DNA of 64,000 nucleotides, taken from assembly GCF_009914755.1 (NCBI RefSeq), contig NC_060935.1; one strand, 5' to 3'. Shown one piece after another: positions 40,120 to 58,292 of this stretch. A program made the translations under genes and the position numbers. This DNA is from the human T2T-CHM13v2.0 reference genome, Homo sapiens. The notes under the pieces are model-generated. The model saw only the letters and a list, made by a program, of their open reading frames with translations, did no database searches and had not been told where the DNA came from. Every line of letters begins with the position of its first letter. Position 1 is the first letter of the stretch.

Positions 40120-40340
40120 AGAGCCCAGGATTTAGCGTCATCACTGAATTCAAACCCTTGTTCTGTCACTGAGCAGCCCTGCAACTGTGGGCATATTCCT
40201 CTGAACCTTGGTTTCCACATCTGTAAAATGGGAAAAATATTTCCTCGCAGGGTCAATGTGAAGGGAAAATATATGTATAAGGGATGTAGCAAAGTGCTTA
40301 GCACAATACCTGGCATGTAGTAAGTGCTTGGTAGATGGCA
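40120..40340 (+). mobile_element. MIR
   Basis: Core GGTTTCCACATCTGTAAAATGGG and AAAGTGCTTAGCACAATACCTGGCATGTAGTAAGTGCT. Confidence 0.75.
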
Positions 40341-41269
40341 CTTATCTCACTGGCAAACTTATCTAGATACTCTCAAACATGGATCTCCCACCCCGCCCCC
40401 AGCTCTTGGGCTCTAGACCTGTGTTTTGCCAACTGGCTGTGGAACATCTATACTCTGGTGTTCTACAAATAGTTCAGACTCTCTCAAAACCGAGCCATTG
40501 ACTTTTCCCAGTGCTTGTTCTTCATGTCTTCTCCATCCCAGTTAAAGCATCACCAGCCAGCCAGTCATTCAGGTCCAACATTTTGGACCCTCTCTTTGTC
40601 GCTGTCTACATCCTATCAGTCATCTCTGACTTGTTTCTGGAGTTTGTCCTTTGCTCACTGGTGCTGCTTCAGTTTAGGTGCTTATCTTCTCTTGCTTGAA
40701 TTATTGCCTGGGCTCCTCGTTGGCTTCTTCAATCTGTATGCTGTTCTTTGTATTCCAGGATGCCGGTCACACAGTTTCACTCTCCTGTTTCACAACTTCA
40801 CACTTTCCTGTTGAAGGTCATTAAGCCTTAGTCTAAGTGCTGGTGGTCGTGGGCAGACCTGTTTCTCCAACATTATCACCTGCTCCGCCCACATGCTACC
40901 CCCTCAACTGGCTGTTCCTCTAAGATACTATATGTCTTCTGACCCTTCCTCCTTCCATCATCTCTGCCCTTGTCCTCTCTGCAATTGGCAGACATCCGTA
41001 AAGAACCAGCCAAATGTCTCCTTCCCTCTTGACCTTTCCCTGATTCCCCCAGCTTTCCATCCTATTGCTCCTTCTCTGCATAAATAGCTTTTTTTTTTTT
41101 TTTAAAGTTTCTCCCTTGTAGCAGCAATCACTTTGTATCCATTATTTATGTGCCTGTAAGTGCTGACCTTGGCACAATGCCTGGCAGATAGTAGGGACTC
41201 AAGAAGATGTTGACTTGAATAAATGAATGCATGGAATGACAGGATCTCTTGAGACACAATCTAACAAGG

Positions 41270-44215
<2,946 letters not shown>

Positions 44216-44229
44216 TCTTTTTTCTTTCC

Positions 44230-44630
44230 TGCAATTTAAAAAATTCTGGTAAAATACATATAACATAAAATTTACCATCCTAACCATTTTTAAGACAACA
44301 GTTAAGTAGTGTTAAGTATATTCATCTCGTCATGAAACAGATCTTTAGAACTTTTTCATTTTGTGAAATTGAATCTCTATACTCATTAAGCAACAACTCT
44401 TTATTTCTCCTTCCTGCTTCCTCCTGTTAACCACCATTCTACTTTCTGTTTTTATGAACTTGACTACTTTAAATACCTTATATAAGTGGATTAACAAGTG
44501 GAATCATACAGCATTTGTCTTTTTACGACTGGCATATTTCATATCGCATAATGTCCTCAATGGTTCATTCATGTTGTAACATGTGACAGGATTTCCTTTG
44601 TTTTAAAGGATAAGTAATATTCCAGTATAT
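44230..44630 (-). mobile_element. L1MB-like 3' end
   Basis: GGTAAAATACATATAACATAAAATTTACCATC...GTGGAATCATACAG. Confidence 0.7.
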
Positions 44631-45255
44631 GTTTGGGGAGGCAAAATTTCCCCTCTTACCTCTTAGGGTCTTCAGCTGAACCCAATAATTAAACTGATTA
44701 ACATGTGTTAATCAGTTAATCAATGTGTTAAGCATATGAAAGAAGAGACCATATAATAAACCATTTAAAAAGCGAAGCCACAAACTTTTCCTTACAGTTT
44801 TCAATGTTTAACTATTTAAGTAGATCATTTCTAGTGTAATCATATGGACAAAAATGATTATCTAGGAAGGACAGTTATCTTATTTGTCTACTTTAGCATA
44901 ATCTTGATAAAGCTGAAAAATTGTAAAGTAAATGGAAACTTTAATACATATAAGATATGAAGATAACTATTTCTAAAAGCTTAGGAACTTGTTCTTTTTC
45001 TTTCTTTCTTTTTTTTTTTTTTTTTTAATGAGACGGGGTTTTGCCATGTTGCCCAGGCTGGTCTCAAGCAATCCACCTGCCTCAGCCTCCTAAATTGCTG
45101 GGATTACAGGTGTGAGCCACTGTGCCCGGCCTGGAGCTCATTCTGATTTGTTAAACATCAGCCATCCCATATCCTCTCATGCTATTCTCTTAGCTGTGGA
45201 GTAAAGATTAGAATTTTCTTAGGATTCACCACAATAGGGGTTTTCTAAAATGTGA

Positions 45256-45615
<360 letters not shown>

Positions 45616-45811
45616 TATTCTTTCCTTTTATACCTAGGATATACCCAAAATGCTCTCCTCCCACAATTTCAAGTTCTCTGACTAATCAGGTTGTGCTGGG
45701 AACCTGTCCCATTTCCTTATCTTTATATTTGAAATGAAGATCTATCACTCTGTCCCTCATTTTTATCTCATGTTTTCTTACTGATATTTATTTATTTTCT
45801 CCTGTTTGAAG

Positions 45812-46035
45812 GTACAATCATTGGTTTGATGGGATGGCGCTGCTTCACCAGTTCAGAATGGCAAAGGGCACAGTGACATACAGGAGCAAGTTTCTACAGA
45901 GTGATACATATAAGGCCAACAGTGCTAAAAACCGAATTGTGATCTCAGAATTTGGCACACTGGCTCTCCCGGATCCATGCAAGAATGTTTTTGAACGTTT
46001 CATGTCCAGGTTTGAGCTGCCTGGTAAAGCTGCAG
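45812..46035 (+). CDS. BCO2: BCO2 exon 3
   Basis: [14 protein letters not shown]...[29 protein letters not shown]; GAAG| acceptor, CAG|GTGATA donor. Confidence 0.97.
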
Positions 46036-46216
46036 GTGATAGTGACGATTATTTAAACTATTACGATATATAACCATCTATACAAACATAAATCTTGAAA
46101 ATAGATTTTTTTGTGTATGTGAGAGGATGTTGAAACTGCTTTCTCCCTTTGAGTGTGTGCTTAGCGTCGTCTACAGTAAGCTGTGGTACTTAAATAACTC
46201 TAGGGTTTGGTTTCAG

Positions 46217-46332
46217 CCATGACTGACAATACTAATGTCAACTATGTGCGGTACAAGGGTGATTACTACCTCTGCACTGAGACCAACTTTATGAATAAAG
46301 TGGACATTGAAACTCTGGAAAAAACAGAAAAG
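46217..46332 (+). CDS. BCO2: BCO2 exon 4
   Basis: (A)[38 protein letters not shown]; TTTCAG| and AAG|GTAAAG. Confidence 0.97.
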
Positions 46333-46990
46333 GTAAAGTACAGGTAAAAAAAAATGAATAAAATAGATCCTAACATTTCTTTCCATTTGAAATACTTTTT
46401 AGAGTAGTATATATCAAGAAGAAATTGAAGCCTTAACTACACAAAAAGAAAGTTATTCATGATGCAGGTCACCTTTACTCTCTGGCCTGATGGCCTCTGG
46501 GTTGGTTTTCCTTAAATATAATTCTAAACTCCTTCCTTAGTCCTAATATCTGAAGGCTAGGGTAAAGGAGAAATAGAAGAGTACTGATCTACTTTGGCTA
46601 GTTGGGGTGTTCTTCCTAGCTATGGTTAGTATTGGACTGGAGGTTGTCTATACCTGTATTTCCTTCACATAACATGTTAATTAAAAAGAAAATTTTAGAC
46701 TAGATTTTTAATTTTAATTCTTATGCTTCTTTTGAATTTTCCTGTGATATTAGGCAAATTTATTCAGGGTGGTTTTGTTGTTAGTAGTGGTGATGTGTTT
46801 TTGTTTGTTGTTTTAATCTTGATTTCTTTTTTTTAGTGGGAAAAATAATTTTTATTTCTCAGAGGCAAGAAATTAGGGCTTACATTGCAGTTTTCTTATC
46901 ATATTTTTAAAAACATTAGATATTTCTACTATTTATGCATGTGAATAGAGATCTGCCCATTAAAAATCTCCAGTGGTCTCAAATTTGCAG

Positions 46991-47093
46991 GTAGATTGGA
47001 GCAAATTTATTGCTGTGAATGGAGCAACTGCACATCCTCATTATGACCCGGATGGAACAGCATACAATATGGGGAACTCCTTTGGGCCATATG
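46991..47093 (+). CDS. BCO2: BCO2 exon 5 (His226)
   Basis: VDWSKFIAVNGATAHPHYDPDGTAYNMGNSFGPY; TTGCAG| and ATG|GTAAAG. Confidence 0.97.
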
Positions 47094-47471
47094 GTAAAGT
47101 TGCAATAAAGGTCTTTTTAGAAATAATTGAGACCAGGCACGGTGTGTATATAAAGATGAATACTACAGGTTTGTTTTTTACTGGCACAAGTAGAGAGAGG
47201 GTGCTCTGGACACCTCTACACCCAGCTCTCTCTCCTCTTTATTACTTGATCTCAGATAAGGAGGATTCTTCAATGCTGTTATAGGAAACAGCAAACATCC
47301 TTCTAAGTAAAATATTTCAGCAAAATGGATCCATGAACCCAGCAGTTTTTGGTCTATCTATCTTATCTTGATCATTAAAAAAATCAATTTTATAATAAAT
47401 TAACTCTGTTAACCAAGTAGATAACTTTGTAACTCATTCATAATATGACAAATACTATTTCACCATTCTAA

Positions 47472-48080
<609 letters not shown>

Positions 48081-49127
48081 CTGAATTACATATTCTAAAA
48101 TTAAAGTAACTAGATCTGTGATTTTCAACCTTTAATTGCCTAACAATAATCTGGAATGTAGATAGAATCATCTGGATTTCATTCATCTTCAGGGATTCCG
48201 GTTTAGTAGAACTGAAAAGGGGCCAAGAATTTGCATTTTAACATGGTCTCTGGGTGATCTTGGTGCAAGTGGTCCCTGGATCTCACCGATTAACCCAGCC
48301 ACCCATCATGAGAGCCTGTGCTTGTTACTTTGCCTCAGTTTGCTCCTTATACAAACTCCTGGAGAGTCTTGCAAAGTTCAGCTGACAGTATTGGGCAGGT
48401 CCAATCTTTCTGGACATTCCTCTGCTGGGTGTTTCCTGGGTGTCTGTTTGTCTTACCTAATGTCTTCAAGACTTGCAGTTAGAACAGCTCATTAACTAAT
48501 GTGTTTAAATTCCGTGAATTGAGTAATCCAGTTGCTGAGACAGGAAATTCATCTCTTTATCTTCTCCTAATCCCAACGAACACTGAATCTACTTTTTTTT
48601 TTTTCTTCACTTGATTATTTGGTTCAGTGAGAAGTTTATGAACTGGAACTTAATGTGCAGGCAACTGCAGGGAGCTTGACTACTTGATAGACATTTGGGG
48701 GAAACTTAGTGATTCTCATTGTAATACAGTAAAATGCTTGCTAGTAATTGCTACCTTTAGGAAGTAAAAAGCTTTGGTTTTAGCTTTTCTAGATATTTTT
48801 AAAAGGCTTTTTAAAATTTGTAAAAATCCTGTAAACATTAATCAATCCAGTTGGTTTTTAATACTTATTTAAAATATGTTCTTCAGACTAATATTAGAGA
48901 CAATAATAGAGTACTCTTGGACTATAGAGCTTGTCTAATATTTCTTTCATCACTGTACAAAGCATGATGTTTTGTATGTAGTGGGTTCTCAAAACATATC
49001 TATATCCCCAACCTAGACCTCCCAAGTATTTTATATCCAATTGCTTACTCAGCATTCTTCCTAGGATGTCTAATAGGCATTACAAAATTAACTTGTCAAA
49101 AACCAGACTCCTGATATTTTCCTCTAA

Positions 49128-49360
49128 ACTACCACCACCACCTCCTCCTTTCCTCCTCCTCCTCCTCCTTCTCTCTCTTCCTTGTTCTCCTTCCTTTCCT
49201 CCTCCTCCTCCTTCTCTCTCTTCCTTGTTCTCCTTCCTTTCCTTCCTTTCCTTCCTTCCCTTCCCTTCCCTTCCCTTCCCTTCCCTTCCCTTCCCTTCCC
49301 TTCCCTTCCCTTCTTTCCCTCCCTCCCTCATTGCTCTTTCTTCTTCCTTCTTCTTCTTTT
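49128..49360. repeat. Polypyrimidine low-complexity tract with 43-nt duplication and (CCTTC)n
   Basis: Almost pure C/T; adjacent to an antisense Alu fragment 49375-49475. Confidence 0.9.
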
Positions 49361-49614
49361 GCTTTCTTCGATTAGAGATGGGGTCTTGCTATGTCGCTCA
49401 GGCTGGACTTGAACTCCTGGGCTCAAGACATCCTCCCAGGCAGCTGGACTATAGGCATGCACCATTGTGCCTGGCTTATTTCTTTCTCTCCTTAAGATGA
49501 GTCTTCCCCATCTCAGGAGATACTAACTCCATCTTTCCAGTTGCTAAGGACAATAACTGTGGAATCATCCTTTACATTTATCTCTTACATCAGTTGATCA
49601 AAAAGTAATTTCAG

Positions 49615-49940
<326 letters not shown>

Positions 49941-50526
49941 TCAAAAATCCAACCACTTCACACCACCTCCATGGCCACCACTCTACTTTGAGTCACTATC
50001 CCTTCTCACTTGAATGACTGCAATAGCCCCTCAACTAGTTGCCCTGATTCTGCCCTTGCCCCACTTCAGTTTCTTTTCAGCACTGTAACACCAGAGTTAC
50101 CAGAGTTATCCTTTTAACCCACACCCACTTCTCTGAGCTTACCTCCTAGACTCTCCTTCTCGCTTGTCATGATAGGGCCACACTGGCCTCCTAGCTGATA
50201 CTTAAACACTCCAATCGTGCTCCTGGCTGAGAACTTTTGCATTTGCTCTTCCCTCCACCTGGAATGCATTTCTCCCAGATATCCTCAAGGCTTTCTTCCT
50301 CACCTCCTTTAGGTCTTTACTCAGACATGACCCACTTAGTGAAGCTTTTCCAGACCAGCATATTTAAAGTTGCAAACAGTAGCCCCTACTCCTCATATGA
50401 TCACTCCTGATCCTTATTCCTTGGCTTATTTTCCATTATAGTTCTCATTGTCATCTGATACATTGTATTTTTACTTATTATATGATTTAAAAGAAAAACA
50501 ACAAGGCAAAATAAGAGATTTTGTCT

Positions 50527-50678
50527 GAGCACAGTGGCTCACACCTGTAATCACAGCACTTTGGGAAGATGAGGTGGGAGGATTGCTTGAGACCAGGAGT
50601 TCGAGGCTGCAATGAGCTATGATCACACCACTGTACTCCAGACTGGGTGATAGTGCAAGGCCCTGTCTCTAAAAAAAA
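50527..50678 (+). mobile_element. Alu monomer
   Basis: Single-arm consensus plus A tail. Confidence 0.8.
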
Positions 50679-51207
50679 TGAAGAAGAAGCCAGTGGAGGA
50701 AGGGGGGAGATTTTTGTCTATTTTGCATATTTCTGTATACAAGTGCCTAGAATATAGTACTAAGAACACTCAGAATGGTGTCTGGAATATAGTAGGTGCT
50801 CAAAAAGTAGTAGTTGCAGAATAAATAAATAAAGAACTGTACTGGAAAGCAGATAAACAAGCAGAAAATTGTATACAATGAGATATGTGCTATGACTATG
50901 AGGATGTAATGAGGACATACAATAGGGGCACCAAGTGCCTTTGGGGTGGGGAGGAGTCAGGGAAGACTACTTGAGGAGTGGATATCTGCGTTGATTCTTG
51001 AAGAGCCAGTAAGCAATAGCCAGATGAATGATTGCATGAAAGAATGTTGATGAGAAAGGATGAAATGGAACCCAGAGTGACCCTAGCTAGGGGTCCAGAG
51101 GGCTGGAGGGAAGGAGTTGGACATGAGTGCAAATGGAGACTGTAGTTGTTGGAATAGGGGAAGGGAGTAAAGGAACAGAATTTGAGGATATTCCTGGCTG
51201 CTATCTT

Positions 51208-51754
51208 TTTTTTTTTTTTGAGTTTAAGAACTTCAACTCTATGACCTGTCTATTCACCATACATATGAGACAGGTCCATTATAATCCTTACCTCATTATA
51301 TAATAGCTCTTTTTTATTATTATACTTAAAGTTCTGGGGTACATGTGCAGAACGTGCAGGTTTGTTACATAGGTATACACATGCCATGGTGGTTTGCTGC
51401 ATCCATCAACCTGTCATCTACATTAGGTATTTCTCTTAATGCTATCCCTCCCCTAGCTCCCCACCCCCTGAAAGGCCCTGGTGTGTGACGTTCTCCTCCC
51501 AGTGTCCATGTGTTCTCATTGTTCAACTCCCACTTATGAGTGAGAACATGCGGTGTTTGGTTTTCTGTCCTTGTGTTAGTTTGCTGAGAATGATGGTTTC
51601 CAGCGTCATCCATGTCCCTGCAAAGGACATGAACTCATCCTTTTTTATGGCTGCATAGTATTCCATAGTGTATATGTGGCAGATTTTCTTTGTCCAGTCT
51701 ATCATTGATGGGCATTTGAGTTGGTTGCAAGTCTTTGCTATTGTGAACAGTGCT
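51208..51754 (-). mobile_element. 5'-truncated L1PA (about PA7/8) with ~90-nt 3' transduction and second poly(A)
   Basis: L1 3' end 51311-51754; non-L1 segment 51220-51310; T run 51206-51219; TSD TGGCTGCTATCTT 51195-51207 and 51755-51767. Confidence 0.85.
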
Positions 51755-52046
51755 TGGCTGCTATCTTAATGTTTCCTACGAATTAGAGATGAAGTTAGCA
51801 TTATAGTACAATGAATCATTGGTTGATCACTTTGGATGTGCTGTTTCAAAACGTTAGCTAATTATTTTCATAGAGCTAACATTTTTAAGATCCAGATCTT
51901 TGTTTGAAATAACCCTTCAGGAAATAAGAGTGTCACACATATTGCATAAATCTCTTAATTGCTTTTGGCAAGTCCACAAGTGCAAGGGTTGTCTTTTAAT
52001 CTAGAATATATGTAAAACAGGTAAGATAGGACTTTTCATTTTTCAG

Positions 52047-52175
52047 GTTTCTCCTATAAGGTTATTCGGGTTCCTCCAGAGAAGGTGGACCTTGGGGAGA
52101 CAATCCATGGAGTCCAGGTGATATGTTCTATTGCTTCTACAGAGAAAGGGAAACCTTCTTACTACCATAGCTTTG
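52047..52175 (+). CDS. BCO2: BCO2 exon 6 (His286)
   Basis: (G)[42 protein letters not shown]; TTTCAG| and TTG|GTGAGT. Confidence 0.97.
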
Positions 52176-52960
52176 GTGAGTCCAGAGATAAGGCAAATTT
52201 CAGTGGGCTCTGCCTTGATGTTGCTGTAGCAGAAGGACTAGTCTGGCAAATGTTATGTTAATAGTTTATCACGCTATGGTGATAATGAGACCAAGGTTGC
52301 ATTTTGATGCCAGGTAAGGTTATTCTGTTTAGTCACATACTCCTGACCCTAGCCAGCTGACTGCTTGAAAAGATATACTGTAGTTGCTTTAGTATAAGCA
52401 ATTACTAAAAAATTAATTGATATAATTTAAAATTTTAGGCAACCTTAAAGCCCACAAATAGTAATCATACATGAAAATGTTGTCTTGACTATATTTTTTG
52501 GGGAAATTCATATTCTATATAGGTTGATTCAGCTTTTACTCAGAATATTTATTTTCTGTACTTTAAATCATTATAGCCAAACTGCTTCTAGATTCTTACC
52601 CCCAGTATAAGCAGGAAAAGGATTAAAGGATACATGTAAAGATCATAAAGGACACTTTAATACTATACTTTTTTACTTTGTTCCTAAACCAAATAATTTA
52701 AAAAGAAAAGAAAAGGAAAAAAAGATAAAAAGCAAGCTGAGAACATGCAACCCAAGCTATTCTAAGCAGTTCCCTTTTTTATAAAGGAACAGGAAATATG
52801 TATAGTAAAGCTGGGAGACAGTAAACATGTATTTCTGGCTGGCATTTGTTTAGGGCATCAGTAACGTGTCCAGGCATTCAGACAAGTCCCCATAACTGGC
52901 ACATTTCAGACAACTCTAATTTGCCAAATAACATTTTTATTGTTTGCTGGAACCTTTTAG

Positions 52961-53121
52961 GAATGACAAGGAACTATATAATTTTCATTGAACAACCTCT
53001 AAAGATGAACCTGTGGAAAATTGCCACTTCTAAAATTCGGGGAAAGGCCTTTTCAGATGGGATAAGCTGGGAACCCCAGTGTAATACGCGGTTTCATGTG
53101 GTGGAAAAACGCACTGGACAG
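52961..53121 (+). CDS. BCO2: BCO2 exon 7
   Basis: (G)[53 protein letters not shown]; TTTTAG| and CAG|GTGGAG. Confidence 0.97.
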
Positions 53122-53491
53122 GTGGAGTATTTTGAGTATATTTATCATGAAAATTGTTGGAAACAAAGGCAAATTTCCATATAGTTGATTTTTTTTAAAT
53201 CTTCCCTGGTTAAAAGTGCATAAGACACTTTTAATCAAGGATATTACCTTCTTCTATAGGTTGAGCTAGCTACTTATTAATTAGTACGATGGATTTTGCA
53301 TATTAGAGAATTATAGGAAATGATTTTATCTTTTTAATGATCTGATTCAATTAAAATGGCATCCAGGAAACTCTCTTAGCATGGACTTTTTCCATATCAT
53401 AATAGTTGCTAAAGAGGGTGTTGTTCGTGCAGAAATCTTCTGTAATTTTTGCAGTAATACTTTAATTAGTTGATTCTCTGGCTTCTTTTTC

Positions 53492-53795
<304 letters not shown>

Positions 53796-54370
53796 CAATT
53801 CTCTGGCTTCTTAATATGTGACTATGACAATCCTACTAAAGTCTAAGCATGTTGATTGAATATCTTTTTATACTCCTGATTCATAATGCTATTATATTTG
53901 CCTACTTTTTACCTCTCTAAAGAGATAGTATCTTAAATTTACTCTATCTGGATCTCATTACAAAAAAAAATTTAGTAATGACTGCACCTTAAAAAAAATT
54001 AGTCTTTGAATTTATCATCAGTATACTGAGTAGCAATATTTTCTATTTAACCATGCAGTTAGAGTCCAAGATTTACATATCACTCAAAACATTGGGCTAT
54101 ATTTCATGAGGGATTTTAAGTTCGTTATAACAATTGATTGGTCTATATCAAATAGCCCCAGTTCATTGCTTAAGCAAGCAATGTTTAAATCAAAGCATAT
54201 TTGCTTCTACATTCTGTATTCTACTTTTATATATACTGGACCTGCCACTTCAGAGGGGAAAATCTTTCTAATTTTCTTATTTTGAACTTTTTGGACCTGT
54301 TTCCTAAAGGAAAGGGAAAAAGAAGAAAACTAAAAAAAATTTTTTTCATTGTTTGTGTTTTCCCCTGCAG

Positions 54371-54538
54371 CTCCTTCCAGGGAGATACTACAGCAAACCT
54401 TTTGTTACATTTCATCAAATCAATGCCTTTGAGGACCAGGGCTGTGTTATAATTGATTTGTGCTGTCAAGATAATGGAAGAACCCTAGAAGTTTACCAGT
54501 TACAGAATCTCAGGAAGGCTGGGGAAGGGCTTGATCAG
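54371..54538 (+). CDS. BCO2: BCO2 exon 8 (His357)
   Basis: [56 protein letters not shown]; CTGCAG| and CAG|GTAAAC. Confidence 0.97.
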
Positions 54539-54549
54539 GTAAACATTAG

Positions 54550-54930
<381 letters not shown>

Positions 54931-55110
54931 AGGAATTACGTGTTTCTCTTGTCTCCTTGTGGCAAATAATGAGAGAGAGTAGTTTTAAAGCATTGAAGAC
55001 ACAGCTTCATCATTTATTTAATATTAAAAATAATTTGAAATAGCTTATTTAATACCTAATAAGTAAGAAACATGGCAAAGAGAGCCAAGATATGTGTTTA
55101 AAAGCATATG

Positions 55111-55415
55111 TGGCTGGGCACGGTGGCTCACGCTTGTAATCCCAGCAGTTTGGGAGGCTGAGGCAGGCAGATCACTTGAGCTCAGGAATTTGAGACCAGC
55201 CTGGACAACCAAAATGGTGAAACCTCGTCTCTAGTAAAAATGCAAAAATTAGCCAGATGTGGTGGTGGGTGCCTGTAATCCCAGCTACTTGGGAGCCTCA
55301 GGCAGGAGTATCACTTGAACCCAGGAGGTGGAGGTTGCAGTGAACCAAGATCGCACCACTGCACCCCAGCCTGTGCAACACAGTAAGACTCCATCTCCAA
55401 AAAAAAAAAAAAAAA
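55111..55415 (+). mobile_element. AluS
   Basis: Dimer; TSD AAAAGCATATGTG. Confidence 0.92.
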
Positions 55416-56802
55416 GCATATGTGATAGTTCCTTATTTCCTTATTACACTTAAGCACCAAAGTTTGCTAGAAGGAATAGCAAAGTAGACCGTCAATCAGT
55501 CCACCTAGTTGAAGGGATTCACTTTTTCCTGATGCTGAATCCAAGGTAAAGTTTTTCCTTGAATTATGTAATATACATTGTTTCTAGCTGTAGCTTTATT
55601 TTTTAGCTATAATTGTCTTTTTAAATGTTTGTAAAATAGTACTTATTAAGTTTACTTATGCCTTACTAAGCTTACTTATAGCTTTATGGTGGGTCTTGAC
55701 ATCTGTGGTTGTTTATCTCTTTTCTGTTTTAAGATTGCCTGGGTTTTTCATGGCCTTTTGCATGTCTATAAATTTTAGAATCCATTTATCAGGTTTTGTT
55801 TTTGTTCTTGTTTTAAAAATAAAATTCATTGTATATATTTGAGGTTTACAACATGATGTTATGGGATACATGTAAATATTAAAATGGTTAGTATAGTGAG
55901 GCAGATTAACATATCTATCATCTCACATGTTACTTTTTTGTGTGACAAGAGCAGTTAAAATCTACTTGTTTAACAAAAATCTCTGATAGAATACAATCTT
56001 ATTAACTTTATTTCTTACGTTTGTACGTTAGACCTCTAGACTTGTTCATACTACATATCTACTGTTTGGTATCCTTTGAGCTACATCTTGTCTTTGCCTT
56101 CCCCTCCCCTCTGGTGGTAACCACTGTTTCATTGTCTTTCTCTGTGTATTTGAGATTTTCTTTAAAAAATTCCACATAAAAATGAGATCATGCAATTTTT
56201 TTTTCTTTTCTTTTTTTTTTGAGACGGAGTCTCACTCTGCCACTCAGGCTGGAGTGCAGTGGCGCGATCTCGGCTTACTGCAACCTCTGCTCCCGGGTTC
56301 AAGTGATTCTCCTACCTCAGCCTCCCGAGTAGCTGGGACTACAGGCACACACCAACATGTCTGGCTAATTTTTGTATTTTTAGTAGAGACCAGGTTTCAC
56401 CATGTTGGCCAGGCTGGTCTCTAACTCTTGACTTCAGGTGATCTGCCTGCGTTGGCCTCCCAAAGTGCTGGGATTACAGGCGTGAGCCACAGCGCCCTGC
56501 CTCATAGAATATTTTTCTTTCTGTGTCTGGATGTTTCACTTAACATAATGTCTTCCAGGTCCATCCATGTTGTAGCAGACGTCAGGATCTCCTTTTCTAA
56601 GATTGAGTAATACTCCATTGTGTGTATATATCACATTTTCTTTATCCATTCATCTGTCAATGGGTATTTAGGTTGTTTCTGTTTCTTGACTGTTATGAAT
56701 AATGCTACAGTGAACGTAAGAATGCAGCTATTTTCATGAGGTGGTGATTTCATCTCATTTGAGTATATACCCAGGAGAGGGATTGCTGGGTCATATGTTG
56801 TA

Positions 56803-57549
<747 letters not shown>

Positions 57550-58292
57550 TATTTTTTATTTCTTTAGGAACTCCTATACTGTTTTTCATAATGGCTGTAC
57601 CAATTTATATTCCCACCAACAATGTACTAGAGTTCCCTTTCTTCTACACCCTTGCCAACATTTGTTATCTCTTGTCTTTTTGATAATAGCCATCCTTATG
57701 AGTGTGAGGTTTTATATAGTGGTTTTAATTTGTATTTCCCTTATGGTTAGTGATGTTGAGCACCTTTTTATATGCCTATTGGACTTTCAAATTTTATTTT
57801 ATTTTTTATTTTATTCTTTTAGGGACAGGATCTCACTCTGTTGCCCAGGCTGGGTGCAGTGGCATGATCATAGCTCACTGAAGCCTCAAACTCCTGGGAA
57901 CACGTGATCCTCCTGCCTCAGCCTCCCAAGTAGCTGGGTCTACAGGTGCGTGGCACCACACTCAGCTAATATTTTAAAAACTTTTTTGTAGAGACAGGGT
58001 CTTATTATGTTGCCAAGGCTGCTGTCAAACTCCTGGGCATGCATGATCCTCCTGCCTCAGCCTCACAAGTAGCTGGGATTACAGGTGCATGGCACCACAC
58101 TCAGCTAATATTTTTAAAACTTTTTTGTAGAGACAGGGGCCTTGTTATGTTGCCAAGGCTTTTCTCAAACTTCTGGGCTCAAGTGATCCTCCTGCCTCAG
58201 CCTCCCAAAGTGCTGGGATTACAAGTGTGAGCTACCACACCTGGCCTCTATTTTTGGAGAAATGACTGTTCAGGTCCATTGCCCATTTTTTA

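Noticed and set aside
49066-49500. Pro/Ser/Phe-rich and GKGRE-repeat ORFs
   Set aside because: Translations of the polypyrimidine simple repeat.
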